Below the pieces are notes generated by a model. That model was given only the letters and a program-made list of their open reading frames with translations, had not been told where the DNA came from and did not search any database. Of a stretch of 64,000 bases of DNA, positions 9,654 to 19,191 are shown in pieces. Source of the DNA: Bacteroides sp. (GTDB lineage Bacteria > Bacteroidota > Bacteroidia > Bacteroidales > Muribaculaceae). The position numbers and the translations under genes are program-made. Each line of letters begins with the position of its first letter. Within the stretch, counting starts at the first letter, position 1. Location of the stretch: positions 2,176-66,175 of the forward strand of contig JAAVEC010000019.1 in assembly GCA_014801485.1 (NCBI GenBank), read 5' to 3'.

Positions 9654-11549
9654 ATGAACGCAAGTAAAAAAAGATCGCCCTGGGCATGGATTCCCACCCT
9701 GTACTTCGCGCAGGGACTGCCCTACGTGGCAGTGATGACCATCTCGGTGATCATGTATAAGCGCCTCGGTATCTCCAATACCGATATCGCGCTCTACACC
9801 GGATGGCTGTATCTCCCCTGGGTGATCAAGCCCTTCTGGAGCCCCTTCGTGGATATCATCCGCACCAAGCGCTGGTGGACCCTCACCATGCAGTGGATAA
9901 TAGCTTTCGCACTGGCCGGCATAGCATTCTCAATCCCCACGCCATTCTTCTTCCAGCTCACGCTGGCGATATTCTGGCTCGTGGGATTCACCTCGGCCAC
10001 GCACGATATCGCGGCCGACGGCTTCTATATGCTCGCCCTCACGGAGCATGAGCAGTCGCTCTACGTGGGTATCCGCTCCACGTTCTACCGCGTGAGCACC
10101 GTCGTGGGCCAGGGCCTGCTTGTGGTGCTCGCAGGCGCTATCGAGACCGGCACCGGCCTCGACGCCGTGAAGGTGGGCGTGGAAGTAGACCCCTATGTGG
10201 CCTGGGAGGCTCCCGTGATGGCCGATCTGGCCCTTCAGCAGCCTCAGGACGCAGCCGAGATGAACTTCTTCACCGGCGGCGATGTGGCCGCTGTGGCAGT
10301 GAAAGCGCCCGCCGAAGCCACCCTTGCCGACGGCACCACCGTGCCCTTCGGCACCTATGCCGCCGCAATGCGCGACTCGGTGCGCCGCAGCAACGAGCGC
10401 AACGGCTTCACCGCGGCAGCCGCTGCCGCCACCAATGCTCCCGCCGCAGCAGCCGCCGAGAGCGACGGCCCGGGCGCGTTCACCCGCTGGGTGGCAGCCA
10501 CCTTCGGCGAGCAGCGTGAGGCTTCCGGCGAGGCCGTGGCCAATACCTTTGCCATCCGTGGCGTGCGCCTCAACAAGAAGCCCGCGCCCGGCGAGACCGT
10601 GGTAGTGAACATGACCCACAACAGCGGCGACGCAGGCATCAAGCTCGTGGAAGGCGACCGCCTGGTGTTTGACGAAAACAACTGGGACCGCACCGCATGG
10701 CTCTACTACGATATCGACCACAAGATCAAGCAGCCCGTGAAGGCCGGCTTTGAAGGCGCCAGCGGCAATATCCCCATGGCGTGGCTCGTGGTCTTCGCCG
10801 TGCTTTCGGCCTTCTTCCTGGCCGTGGCCATGTACCACAGCTGGGCGCTTCCGCGCCCCGAGAGCGACCGACGCGATGCAGCCACCCGCACCGGTGCAGA
10901 TATATTCCGCGAATTCTTCGACACCTTCCGCAGCTTCTTCGCCAAGAAGCAGATATGGGTGGCCGTGGCCTTCATGCTTCTCTACCGCCTGCCCGAGGCG
11001 CAGCTGGTGAAGCTCATCAACCCCTTCCTGCTCGATCCCATCGACAAGGGAGGCCTGGGTCTCAGCACAGGCGAAGTGGGCTTCGTTTACGGCACCGTGG
11101 GAATCATAGGTCTCACCATCGGCGGTATCGTGGGTGGTATTGTGGCTGCCCGCGGCGGCCTCAAGAAGTGGCTCTGGCCCATGGCCTGGAGCATGTCGCT
11201 CACCTGCCTCACATTCGTCTACCTCAGCTATTGGCCCACCCATTCGCTCGTAACCATCAACATCTGCGTGTTTATCGAGCAGTTTGGCTACGGCTTCGGC
11301 TTCACTGCCTATATGCTCTATCTCATCTACTTCAGCGAGGGCGAGCACAAGACGGCCCACTATGCCATCTGCACGGGCTTCATGGCCCTGGGCATGATGC
11401 TGCCGGGCATGGCCGCCGGCTGGCTGCAGGAGACTATCGGCTACCGCCACTTCTTTGTGTGGACTATGATCTGCTGCGCAGCCACCATCGGTGTGTGTGC
11501 CTTCCTCAAGATCGACCCCAATTTCGGACGTAAAATAGAAAAAGAATAA
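9654..11549 (+). CDS. ampG: AmpG-family muropeptide MFS permease with a large extracytoplasmic insertion
   Basis: LYFAQGLP, LPWVIKPFWSPFVD and SATHDIAADG motifs; hydrophobic helices flank an about 200-aa soluble insert. Confidence 0.9.
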   Translation: MNASKKRSPWAWIPTLYFAQGLPYVAVMTISVIMYKRLGISNTDIALYTGWLYLPWVIKPFWSPFVDIIRTKRWWTLTMQWIIAFALAGIAFSIPTPFFFQLTLAIFWLVGFTSATHDIAADGFYMLALTEHEQSLYVGIRSTFYRVSTVVGQGLLVVLAGAIETGTGLDAVKVGVEVDPYVAWEAPVMADLALQQPQDAAEMNFFTGGDVAAVAVKAPAEATLADGTTVPFGTYAAAMRDSVRRSNERNGFTAAAAAATNAPAAAAAESDGPGAFTRWVAATFGEQREASGEAVANTFAIRGVRLNKKPAPGETVVVNMTHNSGDAGIKLVEGDRLVFDENNWDRTAWLYYDIDHKIKQPVKAGFEGASGNIPMAWLVVFAVLSAFFLAVAMYHSWALPRPESDRRDAATRTGADIFREFFDTFRSFFAKKQIWVAVAFMLLYRLPEAQLVKLINPFLLDPIDKGGLGLSTGEVGFVYGTVGIIGLTIGGIVGGIVAARGGLKKWLWPMAWSMSLTCLTFVYLSYWPTHSLVTINICVFIEQFGYGFGFTAYMLYLIYFSEGEHKTAHYAICTGFMALGMMLPGMAAGWLQETIGYRHFFVWTMICCAATIGVCAFLKIDPNFGRKIEKE

Positions 11550-12781
11550 TGAAAAAATCAATCATACTGGGCCTGGCTGCCGCCATGGCCCTCGGCGCCG
11601 CCGCGCAGGTGAAACCCGGCGTGGAAGTGCTGCGCGACCGCGGCTTCGACATCCTTCAGGGCAAGCGTGTGGGCCTTATCACCAATCCCTCCGGAGTAGA
11701 CAATAAGCTGCAGAGCACCATCGACATCCTGCACTCGGCTCCCGGCGTGGAGCTCAGGGCCCTCTATGGCCCGGAGCACGGCGTGCGCGGCGATGTTCAT
11801 GCCGGCGACCACGTGGACAACGCTGTGGATCCCGCCACGGGCGTGACCATGTTCTCCATCTACGGCAAGTACCGCAAGCCCACCCCCGAGATGCTCGACA
11901 GCATCGACGTGCTCGTCTACGACATCCAGGACAACGGCTGCCGCTCTTTCACTTTCATCTCCACCATGGGCCTGGCCATGGAGGCCTGTGCCGAACTGGG
12001 CAAGGACTTCGTGGTGCTCGACCGTCCCAATCCCGCCGGCGCCAATAAAATCGAGGGCTGCATCGTGGAAGACAGCTGCTTCTCCTTCGTGAGCCAGTTC
12101 CCCATTCCTTATCTCTATGGCCTCACCCCCGGCGAGCTCGCCACCTACCTGAACGAGGAAGGCCTGCTGCCCGACGGCCGCAAGGTGAACCTCACCGTGG
12201 TGCCCATGGAGGGCTACGACCGTAGCATGACCTTCGGCGACACCGGTATGCCCTGGGTGCTTCCCTCGCCCCATCAGCCCAATGCCGAGTCGGCTCTCTA
12301 CTATCCCGCCACTGGCATCCTGGGCGAGCTCTACTACGTCAATATCGGCGTGGGCTACACGCTGCCCTTCAAGCTCGTGGCCGCCGACTGGATTGATGCT
12401 GCCGAACTGAGCCGCCGCCTCAACGGTCTGGACATCCCCGGCGTGATGTTCCGCCCCATCCATATCAAGCCTTTCTACAGCACCGGCAAGGACCAGAACC
12501 TGCAGGGTGTGGAAATCTACGTGACCGATGCGCAGGCTGCCCCTCTCACGCTCATCCAGTTCTACGTGCTTCAGGAACTGGCCGATATGTATCCTGATCG
12601 TCGCGTGATGGATGCCGAGGATGCCGCCAAGCGCTTTGGAATGTTCGACAAGGTCGTGGGCAGCAAGAATATCCGCAGTCTTTTCACCCCGCGCCACCGC
12701 GTGGAGGATATGATCGACTACTGGAATAAGGACGTGGAGCCCTTCCGCGCCGCTTCGTCGAAGTATTATCTTTATAAGTAA
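11549..12781 (+). CDS. namZ: Exo-beta-N-acetylmuramidase NamZ (DUF1343/YbbC, GH171)
   Basis: Signal peptide; GKRVGLITNPSG, YGPEHGVRG, YDIQDNGCRSFTFISTM, VLDRPNP and WVLPSPH motifs. Confidence 0.92.
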   Translation: MKKSIILGLAAAMALGAAAQVKPGVEVLRDRGFDILQGKRVGLITNPSGVDNKLQSTIDILHSAPGVELRALYGPEHGVRGDVHAGDHVDNAVDPATGVTMFSIYGKYRKPTPEMLDSIDVLVYDIQDNGCRSFTFISTMGLAMEACAELGKDFVVLDRPNPAGANKIEGCIVEDSCFSFVSQFPIPYLYGLTPGELATYLNEEGLLPDGRKVNLTVVPMEGYDRSMTFGDTGMPWVLPSPHQPNAESALYYPATGILGELYYVNIGVGYTLPFKLVAADWIDAAELSRRLNGLDIPGVMFRPIHIKPFYSTGKDQNLQGVEIYVTDAQAAPLTLIQFYVLQELADMYPDRRVMDAEDAAKRFGMFDKVVGSKNIRSLFTPRHRVEDMIDYWNKDVEPFRAASSKYYLYK

Positions 12782-12792
12782 AGGAGGCGTCT

Positions 12793-15630
12793 ATGCCAGG
12801 AATAGACGGCCTGCACAAGCAATTTGCAAAAGCCCTTGAGGCGCTTGACCCGCGCCCCGAGGTGTATACCGATCGCCTGCGACGCCTCGCGTGGGGCACC
12901 GACGCCGGATTCTACCGCCTTGTGCCTCAGCTCGTGGTGCGTAGCTCCGGCGAGGAGCAGGTGAGCGCCATCCTGCACACGGCGTCGTCGATGGGTGTAC
13001 CCGTGACGTTCCGCGCCGCCGGCACCAGCCTCAGCGGCCAGGCTATCACCGACTCTGTGCTGCTCGTGGCCGGCAAGAACTGGGAGGGCTACACTATTGG
13101 TCCGGACGCTGCCACCATCACCCTGCAGCCGGGTATCGTGGGCGAGCGTGTGAACGAGATTCTCAAGCCCTACGGCCGCAAATTCGATCCCGATCCCGCC
13201 TCGAAGCGCTCTGCTATGGTGGGCGGTATCGTGGCCAATAACGCCTCGGGCATGAACTGCGGCACCCACGCCAATAGCGACAGTGTGCTCATCTCGGTCC
13301 GCATCGTGCTGGCCGACGGCACCGTGCTCGACACTGCAGATGAAGTGAGCCGCGCCGCGTTCCGTGCCTCACACGCCGCGCTTCTGGCCGAAATTGAGGC
13401 CATCCGCGACGAAATACGCGCCGATGCCGAACTGGCCGCACGCATCCGTCGCAAGTACAGCATCAAGAACGTGACGGGCCTGAACCTGCGCCCATTCATC
13501 ACCTACGACGACCCCTTCGATATCATCGCCCACTGCCTCGTGGGCAGCGAAGGCACGCTTGCTTTCCTCAGCTCCGTGACGATGAGCACCTCGCCCATCA
13601 AGCCCTGTGCCGCAAGCGCAATGCTCTACTTCGGCAGCATGCGCGAGGCAGCGGAAGCTGTGGTGGCGATGCGCAAGGGCGCTCCGGTCGACAGCTGCGA
13701 GCTCCTTGACGCCAAGTCGCTGGCCAGCGTGGGCACGCCCGGCGTGCATCCCGGCCTTACGGCTCTGCTGCTCGACACCAAGGCCGATACTCCCGAGGGC
13801 CTGCAGAGCAACATCGACCGAATCATGGAGGTGGTGAACGGCTTCAAGCTCGTGGGCGAAGCCCACTTCTCCACCGACCCGGCCGAAACCGCATCGTGGT
13901 GGAGCATGCGCAGCGGCGTATTCCCTGCCGTGGGAGGCACCCGCCCCATCGGCACCACCGTGCTCATCGAAGACGTTGCTTTCCATATCGACGACCTCCC
14001 GGCCGCCACCGTGGAGCTGGCCAAGCTCATCGAAGACTGCGGCTATGACGACGCCTGCATATATGGCCACGCACTGGAAGGCAACTTCCACTTCGTGATA
14101 TCCCAGAGCTTCGACACGCCTGCCCAGGTGGAGCGCTACCGCCGCCTGATGAAGGGCGTGGAGCAACTCGTGGTCGACCGCTACGACGGCTCGCTCAAGG
14201 CCGAGCACGGCACCGGCCGCAATATGGCACCCTTTGTCGAAAAAGAGTGGGGAGCCAAGGCCTTTGGATTCATGAAACGCCTGAAGGCGGCCATGGACCC
14301 GCAGGGCATCCTCAATCCGGGCGTGATTTTCAACGACGACCCCGAGTGCTTCATCAAGAATATCAAGCCGCTGCCGCGCGTGGACGAAACCGTGGACCGC
14401 TGTATAGAATGCGGTTTCTGCGAGGTCAATTGCGTGAGCTGCGGTCTCACCCTCTCGGCTCGCCAGCGCATTGTGTCGCAGCGCGAGATAGTGCGCCTCA
14501 AGGGACTCGACACCCCCGAAGGGGCAGCTGCGGCAGCCGAGCTGGAGCATGCATTCAAATACTACGGCGTCGATACCTGCGCCGGCGACGGCCTGTGCAG
14601 CACATCGTGCCCCATGCGCATCAACACCGGCGACCTCGTGCACAAGCTGCGCGAGCGTGCCTTGCCTCCGGGCTCGGCCGGCTACCGCATCGGTGTGTTT
14701 GCCGCGCGCCATCTGGGAGGCATCAGCAAGGGCTTGCGCGCCACGCTGGCCACGGCACGGATAGCCCACGACGTCTTGGGCGACAAAGCCACGGATGCCG
14801 TGGGTCGCGCTCTGCACAGCGTGGGATTCCCGCTCTGGACCTCGGCGCTGCCCGGCCCGTCGCATCCGTCCCGCGATAAGGCCGAAGCCGCCGCTCTGCA
14901 CCACGGTGTGCGCAAGGTTGTCTATTTCCCCTCGTGCCTCAACCGCGCTTTCGGTGCCACCCCGGAAGGCGGCAAGAAGGTGCCGGAGCTCATGGAGGTG
15001 ATATCGCGTCTCTGCGCCCGTGCAGGCTACGAAGTGGTGTTCCCGGCCGATATGAGCGGCCTGTGCTGCGGCCTCACGTGGGAAAGCAAGGGTATGCCGG
15101 CCGAGGCCGATGCCAAGCTCGCGCAGCTCGAAGAGGCCTTGTGGAAGGCTTCGGAGCAGGGCAAGTATCCTGTGCTCTGCGACCAGAGTCCCTGCCTGCA
15201 TCGCATGCGCGAGCACATCACGCGCATGAAGCTCTACGAGCCTGCCGAGTTTATCCACGATTTCCTGGCTCCGCATCTGGAGTTTGAGCCTGTGGATACA
15301 CCGGTGGCCGTGCACGTCACCTGCTCTACGCGCCGCATGGGCCTTGCCGACAAAATTATTTCGCTGGCACGCATGTGCTCGCGCAATGTCACGGTTCCTG
15401 CCGAGGTGGGCTGCTGCGGCTTTGCCGGCGACAAAGGCTTCACTTTCCCGGAACTCAACCGCTGGGGGTTGCGCAAGCTGCGCCCGGCCATCGAGGCTGC
15501 CGGAGTGAAGGAGGGCTATTCCAATTCGCGCACTTGCGAGATAGGCCTCACTTCCAACAGCGGCGTGCCCTACAAATCAATTGCTTACCTCGTGCTTTCG
15601 TGCACTACTCCAAAATCCGATAAAGAATGA
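12793..15630 (+). CDS. FAD- and Fe-S-dependent (quinone-linked) D-lactate dehydrogenase, Dld-II type
   Basis: FRAAGTSLSGQA (FAD_binding_4), GHALEGNFHF, LKAEHGTGRNMAPF, CIECGFCEVNC, CAGDGLCSTSCP and two CCG domains. Confidence 0.85.
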   Translation: MPGIDGLHKQFAKALEALDPRPEVYTDRLRRLAWGTDAGFYRLVPQLVVRSSGEEQVSAILHTASSMGVPVTFRAAGTSLSGQAITDSVLLVAGKNWEGYTIGPDAATITLQPGIVGERVNEILKPYGRKFDPDPASKRSAMVGGIVANNASGMNCGTHANSDSVLISVRIVLADGTVLDTADEVSRAAFRASHAALLAEIEAIRDEIRADAELAARIRRKYSIKNVTGLNLRPFITYDDPFDIIAHCLVGSEGTLAFLSSVTMSTSPIKPCAASAMLYFGSMREAAEAVVAMRKGAPVDSCELLDAKSLASVGTPGVHPGLTALLLDTKADTPEGLQSNIDRIMEVVNGFKLVGEAHFSTDPAETASWWSMRSGVFPAVGGTRPIGTTVLIEDVAFHIDDLPAATVELAKLIEDCGYDDACIYGHALEGNFHFVISQSFDTPAQVERYRRLMKGVEQLVVDRYDGSLKAEHGTGRNMAPFVEKEWGAKAFGFMKRLKAAMDPQGILNPGVIFNDDPECFIKNIKPLPRVDETVDRCIECGFCEVNCVSCGLTLSARQRIVSQREIVRLKGLDTPEGAAAAAELEHAFKYYGVDTCAGDGLCSTSCPMRINTGDLVHKLRERALPPGSAGYRIGVFAARHLGGISKGLRATLATARIAHDVLGDKATDAVGRALHSVGFPLWTSALPGPSHPSRDKAEAAALHHGVRKVVYFPSCLNRAFGATPEGGKKVPELMEVISRLCARAGYEVVFPADMSGLCCGLTWESKGMPAEADAKLAQLEEALWKASEQGKYPVLCDQSPCLHRMREHITRMKLYEPAEFIHDFLAPHLEFEPVDTPVAVHVTCSTRRMGLADKIISLARMCSRNVTVPAEVGCCGFAGDKGFTFPELNRWGLRKLRPAIEAAGVKEGYSNSRTCEIGLTSNSGVPYKSIAYLVLSCTTPKSDKE

Positions 15631-16793
15631 CTGCAAAATCAAGCGGCTCGCGCCTGCTCGCTCTCGATATCCTGCGTGGTATCACCATAGCAGGTATGAT
15701 TCTGGTGAATAACCCGGGATCGTGGGGCCACATCTATGCTCCTCTGCGCCACGCCGAGTGGCACGGCCTCACGCCCACCGACCTGGTGTTTCCCTTCTTC
15801 ATGTTCATCATGGGTGTGAGCACATATATGTCGCTGCGGAAGTACGACTTCAAGCTCTCGTGGCCGGCGTTCCGCAAGATAATCAAGCGCACCGTGCTGA
15901 TATTCTTCATCGGATGGGTGCTCACGTGGCTGGCAGGCACGCTGCGCCGCTGGAGCGGCGACTACAGCTTTGTCGAGGCCGCGTGGAACTTTGAAAACAT
16001 GCGCCTGCTGGGCGTGCTGCCGCGTCTTGCTATTTGTTATGGCGTGGGTGCCACTCTGGCACTCGCTCTGGGCCGCAAGGCTCTGGCATGGACAGTGGCC
16101 GGAATCCTGGTGGCCTACACCATCCTGATGCTTGGCTTCAACGGCCTTGTGTTCAGTGAGGATAATATCATTGGCGTGGTGGACCGCGCCGTGCTGGGAG
16201 TGAACCACATGTATGCCGAGACAATCGACGGCGTCACCATCAAGTTTGATCCCGAGGGCCTGCTCAGCACCATTCCGAGCATTGCCCACATGCTCATCGG
16301 CTTCCTGTGTGGCTCGATGCTCATGGCCGTGACCGACAACCGCGACCGCATCAACCGCCTCTTCATTCTGGGCACTATCCTCACCTTCGCCGGCCTTCTG
16401 CTCAGCTACGGTATGCCCATCAACAAGAAGATATGGAGCCCCACTTTCGTGCTCACCACCTGCGGCCTGGCTTCCAGCCTCCTGGGTCTGCTCATCTGGA
16501 TTATCGACATGCGAGGCCATCGCCGCTGGTGCCGCTTCTTCCAGGTGTTCGGCGTGAATCCGCTGTTTTTGTTCTGCCTCGGCTCGATCGGCGGCGTGAT
16601 TCTGAGCGTGGTGCGCTTCGGCTACGATGGCGGCACGATTTCCATCCACAACTGGTATTATCGCGTGGTGTGCATCGGCGTGGCCGGCGGAGACGCCGTG
16701 CTGGGCTCGCTGCTCTATGCCCTGAGCTATATTGCCCTGGTGTGGTTTTTCGGATATATTCTCTTTAAGAAAAAAATATATATTAAGATATGA
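15627..16793 (+). CDS. murT: HGSNAT/NagX-family membrane protein (MurT-like)
   Basis: RLLALDILRGITIAGMILVNNPG, HAEWHGLTPTDLVFPFF, DPEGLLST and PINKKIWSPTF; lies directly upstream of murK-murQ. Confidence 0.8.
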   Translation: MTAKSSGSRLLALDILRGITIAGMILVNNPGSWGHIYAPLRHAEWHGLTPTDLVFPFFMFIMGVSTYMSLRKYDFKLSWPAFRKIIKRTVLIFFIGWVLTWLAGTLRRWSGDYSFVEAAWNFENMRLLGVLPRLAICYGVGATLALALGRKALAWTVAGILVAYTILMLGFNGLVFSEDNIIGVVDRAVLGVNHMYAETIDGVTIKFDPEGLLSTIPSIAHMLIGFLCGSMLMAVTDNRDRINRLFILGTILTFAGLLLSYGMPINKKIWSPTFVLTTCGLASSLLGLLIWIIDMRGHRRWCRFFQVFGVNPLFLFCLGSIGGVILSVVRFGYDGGTISIHNWYYRVVCIGVAGGDAVLGSLLYALSYIALVWFFGYILFKKKIYIKI

Positions 16794-17632
16794 TACTGAT
16801 TGCAGACTGCGGAAGCACCAAGATAGACTGGTGTGTTGTCCGCCAAGGAAAGGTTGAGAAACAGGTATTCACCTGTGGCATGAACGCCGTGATGCTCACC
16901 GAAGACGAAATGCGCGAGCGCATCGCCGCCGAGCTTGTGCCCGAACTGGCCGACCGCGCCGCCTCCATCAAGGCCGTGTATTTCTACGGCGCCGGATGCA
17001 TATCGCCGGAGGTGTGCGGCAACGTAGAGCGCGCCATCCGTGCCAATATCCCCGCTGCCACGGTGGAAGTGCACACCGATCTGCTCGCCGCCGCCCGTGC
17101 CCTCTGCGGCCGCAAGCCCGGCATCGCCTGCATCCTGGGCACCGGCTCCAATTCATGCTTCTATGATGGCGAGGCGATTGCCCGCAACGTGTCGCCCCTG
17201 GGATATATTCTGGGCGATGAAGGCTCCGGCGCCGTGCTGGGCAAGCTCCTCGTGGGCGATGTGCTCAAGGGGCAGTTGCCTCAGGAGCTATGCGACAAGT
17301 TCCTGAAGAAGTACGACCTCACGCTGCTCGACATCATCCGCCGCGTCTATAAGGAACCGCAGGGCAACCGCTTCCTGGCCTCTCTCACACCCTTCCTCAT
17401 CGAAAATATCAAGGAACCTGCCATCCACGCTCTGGTGATGCGCTCGTTCGGCGCCTTCTTCACGCGCAACATCTCGCACTACGACGGCATGTGCGAGCCG
17501 GTGGTCAACTTCATCGGCTCCATCGCTTTCTACTATCGCGACGTGCTCGAAGAGGCAGCCCGCGAGTGTGGCTACACCGTGGGCACCGTGCTCAAGAGCC
17601 CCATGGAAGGTCTCATCAGTTTCCACTCCTAA
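16790..17632 (+). CDS. murK: MurNAc kinase (BadF/BadG sugar-kinase family)
   Basis: LIADCGSTK, FYGAGC, ILGTGSNS and GYILGDEGSG; adjacent to murQ. Confidence 0.85.
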   Translation: MILIADCGSTKIDWCVVRQGKVEKQVFTCGMNAVMLTEDEMRERIAAELVPELADRAASIKAVYFYGAGCISPEVCGNVERAIRANIPAATVEVHTDLLAAARALCGRKPGIACILGTGSNSCFYDGEAIARNVSPLGYILGDEGSGAVLGKLLVGDVLKGQLPQELCDKFLKKYDLTLLDIIRRVYKEPQGNRFLASLTPFLIENIKEPAIHALVMRSFGAFFTRNISHYDGMCEPVVNFIGSIAFYYRDVLEEAARECGYTVGTVLKSPMEGLISFHS

Positions 17633-17644
17633 TTCCACCACATC

Positions 17645-18466
17645 ATGGCATTCGTAAAGATTTCCGAACAACCCTCTCTCTACAACGACCTGGAGAAAAA
17701 AAGCATCAGCGAAATCCTCCACGACATAAACAACGAAGATAAGAAAGTGGCACTGGCCGTCGAGAAGGCCATCCCGCAGATCGAAAAGCTCGTAGAAGGC
17801 ATCGTAAGCCGCATGAAGCGCGGCGGACGCATATTCTACATGGGCGCCGGCACCTCCGGCCGCCTGGGCGTACTCGACGCTTCCGAGATTCCTCCCACCT
17901 TCGGCATGGACCCATCATGGGTGATCGGCCTCATCGCCGGCGGCGACACCGCCCTGCGCAATCCCGTGGAGAACGCCGAAGACGACACCAAGCAGGGATG
18001 GCTCGACCTGCAGCAGTTTGGCATCAACGACCGCGACACCGTGATTGGCATCGCAGCCTCCGGCACCACGCCCTACGTGATTGGCGCGCTTGAGGAATGC
18101 CGCCGCCACGGCATCCTCACGGCCGCAATCACATCCAACCCCGATGCTCCCATCAGCCACGCCGCCGATATTGCTATCGAGATGGTGGTGGGTCCGGAAT
18201 ACGTCACCGGCAGCTCGCGCATGAAGAGCGGCACAGGCCAGAAGATGATCTGCAACATGATCACCACCTCGGTGATGATCCAGATGGGCCGCGTGAAAGG
18301 CAACAAGATGGTGAACATGCAGCTGAGCAACGCCAAGCTCGTCGACCGCGGCACGCGCATGGTGGTGGAAGAGCTGGGCCTGCCCTACGACGAGGCCAAG
18401 CGCCTGCTGCTCATGCACGGCTCCGTAAAGAAAGCTGTCGACGCCTATCGCGAGGGTCATGAATAA
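17645..18466 (+). CDS. murQ: N-acetylmuramic acid 6-phosphate etherase
   Basis: GAGTSGRLGVLDASEIPPTFG, GIAASGTTPYV, GPEYVTGSSRMKSGT and NAKLVDRG. Confidence 0.97.
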   Translation: MAFVKISEQPSLYNDLEKKSISEILHDINNEDKKVALAVEKAIPQIEKLVEGIVSRMKRGGRIFYMGAGTSGRLGVLDASEIPPTFGMDPSWVIGLIAGGDTALRNPVENAEDDTKQGWLDLQQFGINDRDTVIGIAASGTTPYVIGALEECRRHGILTAAITSNPDAPISHAADIAIEMVVGPEYVTGSSRMKSGTGQKMICNMITTSVMIQMGRVKGNKMVNMQLSNAKLVDRGTRMVVEELGLPYDEAKRLLLMHGSVKKAVDAYREGHE

Positions 18467-19118
18467 GTATCTCTCTGCTGCAATCCTTGCCGTGGCAGCT
18501 ATGGTGGCGGCTCCTGAAGCCGAGGCCCACAACGAGCTCTGGGGCCAGCGCGCGTCGCTCTTTGAAATGCTGGGCACCGACAGCACCAGCATCGTTTTCC
18601 TGGGCAACAGCCTCACCCACGGCTGCGAATGGCACGAACTGCTTCAGAATCCGCGCGTGCTCAACCGTGGCATCAACGGCGATATCGTGCAAGGCCTGCG
18701 CGACCGTCTGCCATCCGTCACCGCAGGCAAGCCGGCCAAGATTTTCCTGCTGTGCGGCGTGAACGATATCAGCCACGACCTCACGGCCGACAGCATCGCC
18801 ACTGCCCTGGGCGAACTCATCGCCGAGATTCGCACCTCAACTCCCGAGACGCGCCTCTACGTGCAGTCGCTCCTGCCCATCAACAATTCCTTCGGCCGCT
18901 ATAAGGCCGTATTCGGTAAAGAGCAGACTATCCGCGATGTCAACGCGCTCCTTCGCCCCATTGTGGAGCAGGCCGGAGCCACTTGGGTCGACATTCACAC
19001 CCTCTTCGCCGATGAAGATGGCAACCTGCGGGCCGACCTCACCAACGACGGACTGCATCTCCTCGCCCCGGGCTACATCATCTGGCGCGACGCCATCAAG
19101 CCCTACGTGGACGAGTAA
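18459..19118 (+). CDS. Secreted SGNH/GDSL esterase (O-acetylesterase-like)
   Basis: Signal peptide; blocks FLGNSLT, NRGINGD, CGVND and DGLH; start overlaps the murQ stop. Confidence 0.88.
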   Translation: MNKYLSAAILAVAAMVAAPEAEAHNELWGQRASLFEMLGTDSTSIVFLGNSLTHGCEWHELLQNPRVLNRGINGDIVQGLRDRLPSVTAGKPAKIFLLCGVNDISHDLTADSIATALGELIAEIRTSTPETRLYVQSLLPINNSFGRYKAVFGKEQTIRDVNALLRPIVEQAGATWVDIHTLFADEDGNLRADLTNDGLHLLAPGYIIWRDAIKPYVDE

Positions 19119-19143
19119 GCCGCACAAGACTTATAAATCGTAT

Positions 19144-19191
19144 TAACAGCAGCAGGTCTTGCCCCTCGGGGCAAGACCTGCCTTGCTGTTA
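19144..19191 (+). terminator. Long hairpin terminator closing the operon
   Basis: Stem gcaggtcttgcccc / ggggcaagacctgc extended by taacagca / tgctgtta. Confidence 0.75.
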
